This document shows positions 10,559-18,277 of a stretch of DNA of 32,000 bases, piece after piece; positions within the stretch are counted from its first letter, which is position 1, and each line of letters starts with the position of its first letter. Origin of the DNA: Geotalea daltonii FRC-32 (GTDB taxonomy: Bacteria > Desulfobacterota > Desulfuromonadia > Geobacterales > Geobacteraceae); NCBI RefSeq assembly GCF_000022265.1, contig NC_011979.1, forward strand, positions 2,640,001 to 2,672,000, in the 5' to 3' direction. The notes beneath the pieces were generated by a model, which made no database searches, had not been told where the DNA came from, and saw nothing but the letters and a program-made list of their open reading frames with translations. A program made the translations under genes and the position numbers.

Positions 10559-10822
10559 TTATTCAGCTTCGGCTTGAGCAGAAAAAGAGGGCGTAGTTTC
10601 GTCTCTGTTTTTCCACTTAAAAAACCCATATAAAGCTTGCACTGAATACACAGTAAACAGGAATACAGAAGCATAGATTCCCTGATAATAATAGAAAAAA
10701 ACCCAAAAAACGTTTATCACCACCCATATTAAATATCCGGTTCGTCTTTTATTAATAACAAGTTGGCCACCAAGTAAACTTCCAGCCACAAGCAACCAAG
10801 TTAAAGCACCATTTGCATTCAA
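10559..10822 (-). CDS. 87-aa three-helix membrane protein, PnuC (nicotinamide riboside transporter)-like single repeat
   Basis: Three hydrophobic segments. The pattern LVINKRRTGYLIWVVINVFWVFFYYYQGIYASVFLFTVYSVQALYGFFKW resembles the PnuC/NMN-transporter family consensus, which ends in YG-x2-W. It uses a TTG start with GAGGGGGA upstream. Confidence 0.4.
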   Translation of the reverse strand: MNANGALTWLLVAGSLLGGQLVINKRRTGYLIWVVINVFWVFFYYYQGIYASVFLFTVYSVQALYGFFKWKNRDETTPSFSAQAEAE

Positions 10823-10882
10823 AACGTTCCCCCTCGTTCCACCTACCCTGAGTTATTAGATGTTCAAATAAAATGACTCAAT

Positions 10883-11788
10883 TCAACTAAAAGCTTGCAA
10901 AATAACATCTTGAGCGGACGCACCCTCTTTAGGGCAGCAACAATTCGTAGCGGAATGGAGTATTTTTACGTAACCTTCTAAGATATTAAGCCTTGAGCCG
11001 TTGTCCATGACACAATCTACCGACTTATTGTTTCTGAATTCCTCAAAACTACTGGTGTTTGCAACAAACCCCTCATTTACTAGATTTCCATTGAAATTTG
11101 AAGGAAACAAACCATTAAACTCACTAAGGGTCAAAAATTTATGATTGTCCTTATGCACATGAACGGATCGGACTTTTAAACCTTTGTTACTTAAACTTTT
11201 AATTCTTTCAATATATTCCGGTACCCCACCACATTCGTATGTATCAAGTAAGACAGAAGCACCATGCCCTACCATTAACTTTTCGTAAAGTTCTCCAACA
11301 TAACGCCTATGCCTGGAACTGAGCCAGTTATGGTAGGATAGTCTTATCTCCTCAACTTCTAGATTATTCCCAGCGGCAAGATAGGCGAGCTTTTGTTTGT
11401 AATCTGAAAGTTCGGCCTCCTCATTAACACGGAGATCTCCTACTGGCGCATGCACAATGTAGTCAGTGAATCCTAATGTGGCGCAAAAAGAAAAAAATTG
11501 CTGCAACAATTTAAAGCCAAGAGGCTTTGACCAGTCATAACTATAACCGCCAGGTTGGTGTACTCTCACCTCTGATGGTGACAGACCATAATCATGTAGG
11601 TACTCCTTGAACCTCAATATCTCACCTTGCAGCGTTTTTAAATCGTCAGTAAAAAAAGACTGGCCAGCAATTACTGGAAGTTGGGTTAATAAGGCAACCT
11701 CAATTCCAATATTCAGTCCAATTAACCCCTGAATGTAACCCCTATCAGCAAAATCGTTGACAGTTACAGTCGTATACATAATACCCAT
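10883..11788 (-). CDS. Xylose-isomerase-like TIM-barrel protein (sugar-phosphate isomerase/epimerase family)
   Basis: Track ORF 10883..11806 has a TTG start. The ATG at 11788 has GGAAGGA upstream. Family-like strand motifs are DYIVHAP, NNLEVEEI, VLLDTYECGG and VRSVHVHKDNH. Confidence 0.45.
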   Translation of the reverse strand: MGIMYTTVTVNDFADRGYIQGLIGLNIGIEVALLTQLPVIAGQSFFTDDLKTLQGEILRFKEYLHDYGLSPSEVRVHQPGGYSYDWSKPLGFKLLQQFFSFCATLGFTDYIVHAPVGDLRVNEEAELSDYKQKLAYLAAGNNLEVEEIRLSYHNWLSSRHRRYVGELYEKLMVGHGASVLLDTYECGGVPEYIERIKSLSNKGLKVRSVHVHKDNHKFLTLSEFNGLFPSNFNGNLVNEGFVANTSSFEEFRNNKSVDCVMDNGSRLNILEGYVKILHSATNCCCPKEGASAQDVILQAFS

Positions 11789-11889
11789 TGAATTAATCCT
11801 TCCCAACCCGTGCCCTTACAAAATGAATACGGAACAGGTCTTAGTCGGCCCAAAAGCTTATCCCAACGCCCTAGATTTTTACCTGCTAA

Positions 11890-13161
11890 CTAAACCTTAA
11901 GTAGGCGCAAATCGTTTTTGATAATGTATCTGAACCATGCCCCTGCAAAGGCCGAGGTTATTATCGCAATCAAGATGAGCGAAGCTGAAAAAGAGCTACT
12001 GACTATCCCCAAGTCAAGCGCTACAGTCGCCAAAACAATGAGTGGCCCACCTTTAGTACTCATCGCAATCCCTAAATTGACACTAGAAAACCAATCTACT
12101 CTCAACATCCTAGTTGCAACTAAGCACCCAGCCATCTGAAAAAAAGTCATATACAAAAGGAACCAACCAAGAAAGAGAGGATCGAAATCCCTGATAAGGT
12201 TCAGCTTTAACCCGACTATGGCGAAATAGAGTGGAACAAAGAAAGCAAGAGAAAATTCCCGGATATGCTTTTTAACATTTATAAATTCGGGCTCTTTAGC
12301 CATCCCAACTACGATACCGGCGAGGAGTGCGCCAAATACCAAGTTAACGCCTAACATACTAGCTATTGCCACAAGAAACAGGCACACCGCCATGACATAC
12401 CCAACAATTGATGACCTGGCAACTACATTCCATTTCGAACCATTCAAGAACATTATTGCTCTTGGTATGATCTTTAAGAAAACTATAAAAAACGCTATCG
12501 TGATGACTAATTTGAGGACTATTTCTGATAAATTGATGGTACGTGCAGCTACTAAATCCCCAGCAATAGCTAAAGCGATCCACACTACTAAATCATGTAT
12601 TGTTGCAGCGGCGAGAACAACATTCGCAAACGGTGTACTTACAATATTCAGTTCGATAAATATTTTAGAAATAACAGGGATAGAAGTGACCGCAGTTGCA
12701 ATTGCTATAATCAATTGCAATGCTAACAGGCTGTGTTTGTCACCGACGTAAGGCGTGAGGTCAAAACAAATCGGCAAAAACCATCCGGCAATGAATGGTA
12801 TGATTGTAGAGCCAATAGTGAGTCCAAAAACAAGTTTATTGTTTTTCTGGTTTAAATAGTTCTGTATTTCAAATCCAGAAATAAACATTAATAAAATCAA
12901 GCCAAACCAGTAGACAATGGAAATTAGCTTACCCTCTGCTACAAATGCATTAAAAACCCAATTCTGCAGATCCGGCAGAAAATGACCAAATACCGTTGGC
13001 CCTAATAAGAATCCACCAAATATTTCACCAATAACACTAGGCATCCTCAATAAAGTAAAAAAGTAGCCACAAATGTGAGCAAAGGTCAACAGCAGGAAGA
13101 TTGCCATGAAAAACCGCGTCAACTCCAGGTCTGTCAAATAGATTGTGTCAGAAACCGTCAC
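11890..13161 (-). CDS. Cation:proton antiporter, CPA2/Na_H_exchanger family, without a KTN domain
   Basis: 423 aa with about 12 predicted hydrophobic helices. The N-terminal signature LLRMPSVIGEIFGGFLLGPTVFG is typical of KefB/NapA-type antiporters. Confidence 0.75.
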   Translation of the reverse strand: MTVSDTIYLTDLELTRFFMAIFLLLTFAHICGYFFTLLRMPSVIGEIFGGFLLGPTVFGHFLPDLQNWVFNAFVAEGKLISIVYWFGLILLMFISGFEIQNYLNQKNNKLVFGLTIGSTIIPFIAGWFLPICFDLTPYVGDKHSLLALQLIIAIATAVTSIPVISKIFIELNIVSTPFANVVLAAATIHDLVVWIALAIAGDLVAARTINLSEIVLKLVITIAFFIVFLKIIPRAIMFLNGSKWNVVARSSIVGYVMAVCLFLVAIASMLGVNLVFGALLAGIVVGMAKEPEFINVKKHIREFSLAFFVPLYFAIVGLKLNLIRDFDPLFLGWFLLYMTFFQMAGCLVATRMLRVDWFSSVNLGIAMSTKGGPLIVLATVALDLGIVSSSFSASLILIAIITSAFAGAWFRYIIKNDLRLLKV

Positions 13162-13195
13162 ACCAACCCCTGCTCTGCTAAGATAACTCTAGTAA

Positions 13196-14101
13196 TCATG
13201 AATAAATTGCCCTGTTTGATACGCACTTATCCCAAAGATGATTGATTTCGTGGAAAGCCTCACGTATATGATCTGCTGTCATTTGTTTGGTATCACCAAG
13301 CGATACGTAATCTCCTTTACTGGAATACGCTAAAGTTAAATCAGGCTTTACAAATACATATGATTCATCCCTTTCTGCAGCTGTCGCATGTGATATGTGT
13401 ACATCGGGAAAATATTCTTTTAAGTTTTGCATCAGTCCTTCGAAATCATCTTGAGGGATACTCAGGCTATCTATATAACTGTAATTATCGTTATAATCAT
13501 TAAAATTGCTAAATTGATAGAATCTCCAGACATCAGGCGTATACAGCGGAAACTTCTCAAACATGATCTTGCCAAGTAATGCGACATGATCGATATTTTT
13601 TTTGGTTACAACAGTACCAAGTTTAACTTTAGCTGTTAGATCATCGTATTCTTTGTAATATCTGAGGAACTCTACTACTTGTGTAAAGTGTTGCGCACCT
13701 AATTCTCCCGTGATTATTTTATCTAACTCTGCTGATGGTGCGTCGAGAGATATACTAATCCATGACAAATATGGGGAAATTTCTTTCCATATTTGTTTTA
13801 ACAGCAGGCCATTAGTAGACAGGTACACGGCGAAACCAATTTTTTTTGCATATTGGGCAATGTCAGCAACATCTTCTCGGACCGTCGGTTCTCCGCCAGT
13901 CAAAACCACTCGCCTCAACCCTGCGATGTATAGCTTGTCTAAAACGTGCTTTATTTCAGCCAAAGAAGCCTCACTGCCCTCTTTTGGGGCATAGCACTTA
14001 TTACAGTTGAGATTACAACGATAAGTAACCATAATATCCACCGGGATTTGACTCAAATCTGTTGTTTTCACATTACCTCCCTCATTAGGCACAAAGGACA
14101 T
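13196..14101 (-). CDS. Radical SAM enzyme, viperin-like (candidate prokaryotic viperin / NTP dehydratase)
   Basis: 301 aa. The cluster motif is YRCNLNCNKCY (CX3CX2C), followed by VVLTGGEPTV, YLSTNGLLL and ISISLDAP. The distal VWRFYQF ... SIPQDDFEGLMQ ... DESYVFV lines up with animal viperin RWKVFQC ... IGDEEFERFLE ... KDSYLIL (from memory). An alternative GTG start at 14071 has the strong RBS GAGGGAGG. Confidence 0.6.
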   Translation of the reverse strand: MSFVPNEGGNVKTTDLSQIPVDIMVTYRCNLNCNKCYAPKEGSEASLAEIKHVLDKLYIAGLRRVVLTGGEPTVREDVADIAQYAKKIGFAVYLSTNGLLLKQIWKEISPYLSWISISLDAPSAELDKIITGELGAQHFTQVVEFLRYYKEYDDLTAKVKLGTVVTKKNIDHVALLGKIMFEKFPLYTPDVWRFYQFSNFNDYNDNYSYIDSLSIPQDDFEGLMQNLKEYFPDVHISHATAAERDESYVFVKPDLTLAYSSKGDYVSLGDTKQMTADHIREAFHEINHLWDKCVSNRAIYS

Positions 14102-14104
14102 CCC

Positions 14105-14935
14105 TTAATTATCAAATATGCCCAATACCTGAGCTGCACGTTGATATTTGATTTTCTTTGTAATACTAACGCCGAACCTATTACCCAACGATTGTGATAG
14201 GACCTCTATCAACTTGACCACGCGAGGGTCCTTTGCAACCTCCGGGCTTATTCGAGGGTAAATAGCCAGCTCTACTTCTGAAACAGGGCAGCTTTTACGC
14301 TTATCCTCTGGTAACCGTAGATTGGACACATGAGCTCTATCTATGCTACATCGCAATGCGTCTTTCTTATCGAGCCAGACAAAAAACGTGAACCTGTAAT
14401 CATCAAGACGTATAGAAGGAATAAGATCAGTACCACGAATACCAAGCTTTTGCTCTAAGTGTAGTCCAGGCTGATCAATGTCTTTTCGTTTTAATAAAGA
14501 CTTGACGATACTCACCGCCTCGATTGAGTCAGGTCCATTTTGTATTGTTTTTTTCTCATCACCCGCAAACACATATCTGTGGTCCCGCCTGACGCTGTGA
14601 CTATCTGATGCTTCTTTAAAGGCACAAAAAGCATGCGTTATTTTATTGCACGAAGTACGCAGCAATGCGCCAGTGTTCAATATCTTGTAATCCTCTGTAT
14701 CGTAATATATTGCGGTGTTTAACGGTGGAGTCACCCGCGCATTTTCCTTTTCAACAATTTTTGCGCCATGTACCAATCCATCAATACAATCTTTCATCTC
14801 ATCTAACCACTGGTAGTACTGTTCGTTCGTTACATTGTCCATCTCGACTTTAACCGCAAGCTGATTAAATATCACCAGCTTCCCAGGTTCGACGGTATAA
14901 ACGGCCTCTTCACTTGGCATCCTTATGCAATCCAT
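14105..14935 (-). CDS. CYTH-like (triphosphate tunnel metalloenzyme) domain protein
   Basis: Track ORF 14105..14950 has a TTG start. The ATG at 14935 has GGAGG 6 nt upstream. The strand pattern resembles CYTH: YYDTEDYKILNTGALLRTS, AFKEA, RRDHRYVF, DDYRFTFFV, SIDRAHV, VSEVELAI, and a C-terminal KIKYQRA. The N-terminal EXEXK motif is degenerate (VKVEMD). Confidence 0.45.
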   Translation of the reverse strand: MDCIRMPSEEAVYTVEPGKLVIFNQLAVKVEMDNVTNEQYYQWLDEMKDCIDGLVHGAKIVEKENARVTPPLNTAIYYDTEDYKILNTGALLRTSCNKITHAFCAFKEASDSHSVRRDHRYVFAGDEKKTIQNGPDSIEAVSIVKSLLKRKDIDQPGLHLEQKLGIRGTDLIPSIRLDDYRFTFFVWLDKKDALRCSIDRAHVSNLRLPEDKRKSCPVSEVELAIYPRISPEVAKDPRVVKLIEVLSQSLGNRFGVSITKKIKYQRAAQVLGIFDN

Positions 14936-14981
14936 GGTTAATCCTCCCAAATATAAGAAATTGATTAATCTCCTCTTTGCC

Positions 14982-15932
14982 CTAAAGGACGGGACATAGC
15001 GGATCGATGCTCGGTTGGTGCTTCAATGCGACAGCAACGCACCCTTTACCGCATCCGGGAACACCACAATTGCTGCATAAAGGGTGATTAAAAAGCTTCT
15101 CCAATTCCGTCGGAAATCCAAATACGTCTTTTACACTGTCGGAATCATATTCTGAGGTGAAGCTAGAAATCCAAGAGCACGGCGTTATCTTGCCATCGGA
15201 CAATATTCCGATAATGTTTTTGCCGGCTGGGCATTTTTGCAACTTCCCTTTTTTAGGTCTAATCAAGTCGATGTACTTTTTGTCTTGCAGTACGTCAGAA
15301 TTTACAATCTGACTTATTTCCTCCTGTGAAACTACATATTCAGAAAGTTCCGCATTATCGTCGACTTCAATTATGTCATTGAGCTTGGCACTTAAATCAT
15401 GAGTTTTTAAGAACTTAAATAATTCGGGAAGTTCATGAATATTCTTCTTCGTTACTGTGTACTGTAAGGAGATTTTTGCCTTGTAAGGCAATAACTCCAG
15501 TATGTTATTAATCACCTGGTCGAAGGCTCCAACCCTACCAGTAAACTCATCGTGTGTTTGCGCAGAAAAACCACACAATCCAATTCTTATTTTCACTGAT
15601 TCACAACACAGTAAATCTAAGAAATGTTTATCTAACAAAAGACCATTCGTATTGATTGATACTGTCATACCTTTTGCTTGAGCATAATTTACAACCTGAA
15701 ATATCCCATCGAATAGTAACGGCTCACCACCTGTTAGTATTATACGTTTAATCCCATGAACAGCCAAATCGTCGATTAGACCCTCGGCTTCCTTCAAAGT
15801 TATTTGTGCATTTTCTCGACGATGTTTGTTTAGACAGTGCTTGCAGCTTAATTGACATTTCCCTGTAATTTCCCAGTTCACCTTGATGACATCTTCATTT
15901 GGCCAGAAACAACATGCTCTTATGTATTCCAT
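14982..15932 (-). CDS. Radical SAM enzyme with C-terminal SPASM/twitch domain
   Basis: 316 aa. The cluster motif is GKCQLSCKHCLN, followed by RIILTGGEPLL and SINTNGLLL. The C-terminal auxiliary-cluster cysteines are KCPAGKNIIGILSDGKITPCSW and CSNCGVPGCGKGCVAVA ... DPLCP. RBS AGGAGA lies upstream. Confidence 0.8.
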   Translation of the reverse strand: MEYIRACCFWPNEDVIKVNWEITGKCQLSCKHCLNKHRRENAQITLKEAEGLIDDLAVHGIKRIILTGGEPLLFDGIFQVVNYAQAKGMTVSINTNGLLLDKHFLDLLCCESVKIRIGLCGFSAQTHDEFTGRVGAFDQVINNILELLPYKAKISLQYTVTKKNIHELPELFKFLKTHDLSAKLNDIIEVDDNAELSEYVVSQEEISQIVNSDVLQDKKYIDLIRPKKGKLQKCPAGKNIIGILSDGKITPCSWISSFTSEYDSDSVKDVFGFPTELEKLFNHPLCSNCGVPGCGKGCVAVALKHQPSIDPLCPVL

Positions 15933-16049
15933 TATTTTCTCCTATTGATACTTCGAAATGAAAGCTGAAGCTTATGGCTAAACCTTTTCAGCGGCTACAA
16001 CCTTACTTTCATTACGACAGCAATAAGGCTGTATCTACGCAAACCATTC

Positions 16050-16442
16050 TTAATCAGCGATGGTGTCACAACTGCCAAAACTCCAACCTTCTATAGGTTT
16101 GTAAACCATCGCTTTATCCTTGAGCAGGCCAGAATGCTTTTTTACGAACAGCTCGATTTCTTCGCGCAATGAAATAAGCTCAATATAGAGATTTAAAGAA
16201 GAGTTATGGTATTCCGACAATTTCCCTGTTTCTATCTTTCCATTAGGAATGTAGCCGCTGTGCATTAGATAAGCGTACGCACTAAAAATCCCGTCCTGCT
16301 TGGCTGCTTCAATAATATCTTCGTACAGAGACCTACCGAAAAAACGCTGTAGGTTGGTAGTCGCTTTGACTTTATCTCTTGCAGTCATATAAATACGCAA
16401 TTGTCCATATTCTTTTATGACTACACTTTCGTCATCCGACAC
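16050..16442 (-). CDS. DUF190 (PII-like fold) protein
   Basis: 130 aa with a GTG start and GGGAGG 6 nt upstream. The pattern LRIYMTARDKV ... SLYEDIIEAAKQDGIFSAYAYLMHSGY ... LNLYIELISLREEIELFVKK matches the DUF190 family layout. Confidence 0.55.
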   Translation of the reverse strand: MSDDESVVIKEYGQLRIYMTARDKVKATTNLQRFFGRSLYEDIIEAAKQDGIFSAYAYLMHSGYIPNGKIETGKLSEYHNSSLNLYIELISLREEIELFVKKHSGLLKDKAMVYKPIEGWSFGSCDTIAD

Positions 16443-16508
16443 TTACAACCTCCCATAGTCCCATGGTTTAACATTGCCTTACTACACTAGTAACAAATTC
16501 ACCTTTAC

Positions 16509-17057
16509 CTAAACAGTTTCCAAAATACCATTGAGGCAATGTTCCTTTTCAATCACTGCTTCACTACAATTAACAAATTCATTGAATGCTTTGTTAAGTA
16601 ATTTTTTGTAGTTTGGGAAAATATTCAGAGCCTGTATCTCTGCTTTGCTAAACCATCCTATATTTTTATACTCTCGGTAATCATGCCGGATTTGATCAGT
16701 ATTTGAACTGCATATAAAAACAAAATCTATGTGATAATGTAAATCATTTGGTATATTTATCAGTTCGCATAAAACAGCGTATGGGTTGTGCAGTACAACG
16801 GCTTCATTTGTTCCAAGATTTACATCACAATTACTAACAATGGTTATTTTTAAACCTGTTTCTTCCATTATTTCTCTACTAACAGCTTCGTCAGGGGATT
16901 CGTTTACCTCTATATGCCCACCTGGCCCGAGCCAGGTGCCTAATTTTTTGTGTTCTAGTAATAGCACTTTCTCATTGTGGAAAATGATTGCCGACGCAAC
17001 GAAATGCTTAATGACCGAACCTTCTCTTAAGGTTGCTACCTCACAGTCTACAGACAT
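16509..17057 (-). CDS. NUDIX hydrolase
   Basis: 182 aa with a complete Nudix box, GGHIEVNESPDEAVSREIMEETGL (GX5EX7REUXEEXGU). It is the first gene of the AT-rich operon. Confidence 0.85.
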   Translation of the reverse strand: MSVDCEVATLREGSVIKHFVASAIIFHNEKVLLLEHKKLGTWLGPGGHIEVNESPDEAVSREIMEETGLKITIVSNCDVNLGTNEAVVLHNPYAVLCELINIPNDLHYHIDFVFICSSNTDQIRHDYREYKNIGWFSKAEIQALNIFPNYKKLLNKAFNEFVNCSEAVIEKEHCLNGILETV

Positions 17058-17237
17058 TGAAAACCCCTATTCTAGCTGACTATTTAGCTTGTCAGTCTTC
17101 CCAGATGGACTGCATTGCACTCATTTGCGTCGCGTTTTTACGTTCTAACAATAAGCATCCAGACAACAGCTGAACAATCCCTACCACCTCGTTTAAACCC
17201 TGTGCGGTTTGAAATACAATTTTTGGTCATATTAATG

Positions 17238-17257
17238 AACTGTCCTAAAGGACAGGT
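17238..17257. promoter_or_regulatory. lux-box-like 20-bp palindrome (AACTGTCCTAAAGGACAGGT)
   Basis: It has the CTG-N10-CAG core and 8 of 10 symmetric half-site positions. It lies in the 482-bp divergent region between the NUDIX operon start (17057) and the luxI-like start (17540). Confidence 0.5.
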
Positions 17258-17539
17258 GCTTCGTGCTTAGCTTCTTTAAGCCGCTAAAAGAGGAGTCGTT
17301 ATTGATTATTTTTTGAACTTGCTGGCGGGTATTTACTGAAACATTTCAAAGCAGTTTGGGATTACTCGGAGTCATTAATTGACGTAACCAGTGTAAATTG
17401 AATGCAATTCCATCTTGATTTTTGGAGGAACCACATCGGTACAGACCTGATTTTGGCAAGGAATGTTGCCGCAGCTGTACTTAAAGCCAGGTGATTTTCT
17501 TTCAATTTTCTCCTCTTATGTGTTTCAAGGAGGAGTAAT

Positions 17540-18277
17540 ATGATAGCGATTAGCAAACATGTTGCAACACCCGCTGCTAATGGCCTTAAGAGTGATGTCT
17601 TTATAAGGGAGGGTGGTCTTTATGTCACAAACATTGTTGCAAAAGAAGATATATTTAAAGCACATTCATTGAGGTATAGAGTTTTTTGTGATGAATTGGG
17701 ATGGGCTCCCCAAAATTTTTGTAAGCTTGATATAGATAATTATGATGATGGGGCTGTCTTTTTTGGCGTTTTTGATGTGAATAATGATTTAAAAGCCTTT
17801 TTACGGATTGTGACCTCAGATCATCCATTCATGATAGAGAACGAGTTTCCGTTTTTGGTAAAGGCGGGATCAACTATAAGCAAACGAGACGATGTCGTTG
17901 AGGTATCAAGACTATGTGTTGATGCCGATGCAAGATCAGAGACGTTTTCTGGTAATTTCGGCGTGCATACTGCCTCTCTTCTTTTATATAAGGGTGTTTA
18001 TCATTGGTGTTTGAAGAATCGAATAAACTACCTTTATCTTGTTGTTGATTATAAGGTGTTCAGATTGCTAAATGTGAAAGGATTTCCCTGCAGATTGATA
18101 GGAGATCCAAAAGTTATGCCCGATGGTGTAGTTGCGGTTGCAGCAATGCTGAATTGGAGGGAATTTGAAGAGTTGAACCTTGTTGGAACTAAAAATTTGA
18201 AATCATGGTTCAGTCAATATCAATTACCCCCGCCGACAGTGCAATTGCCACAGCGTGAGTTCTGCTCACAGCATTAA
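17540..18277 (+). CDS. LuxI-family acyl-homoserine-lactone synthase-like protein (GNAT fold)
   Basis: 245 aa with RBS AAGGAGG upstream. Family-invariant positions are present with the expected spacing: LRYRVFCDELGW, DIDNYD, AFLRIV and VEVSRL. The related N-acyl amino acid synthase family cannot be excluded. Confidence 0.65.
   Translation: MIAISKHVATPAANGLKSDVFIREGGLYVTNIVAKEDIFKAHSLRYRVFCDELGWAPQNFCKLDIDNYDDGAVFFGVFDVNNDLKAFLRIVTSDHPFMIENEFPFLVKAGSTISKRDDVVEVSRLCVDADARSETFSGNFGVHTASLLLYKGVYHWCLKNRINYLYLVVDYKVFRLLNVKGFPCRLIGDPKVMPDGVVAVAAMLNWREFEELNLVGTKNLKSWFSQYQLPPPTVQLPQREFCSQH

Noticed and set aside
15933-16049. Search for a RiPP precursor peptide next to the SPASM radical SAM gene (also 16443-16508)
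   Set aside because: On the operon strand only MVCVDTALLLS (11 aa) and a 5-aa ORF are found. Neither has an RBS, so they are too short and unsupported.
17362-17556. 64-aa minus-strand ORF overlapping the start of the luxI-like gene
   Set aside because: It has no RBS or motif and lies in the divergent regulatory region. It is probably spurious.
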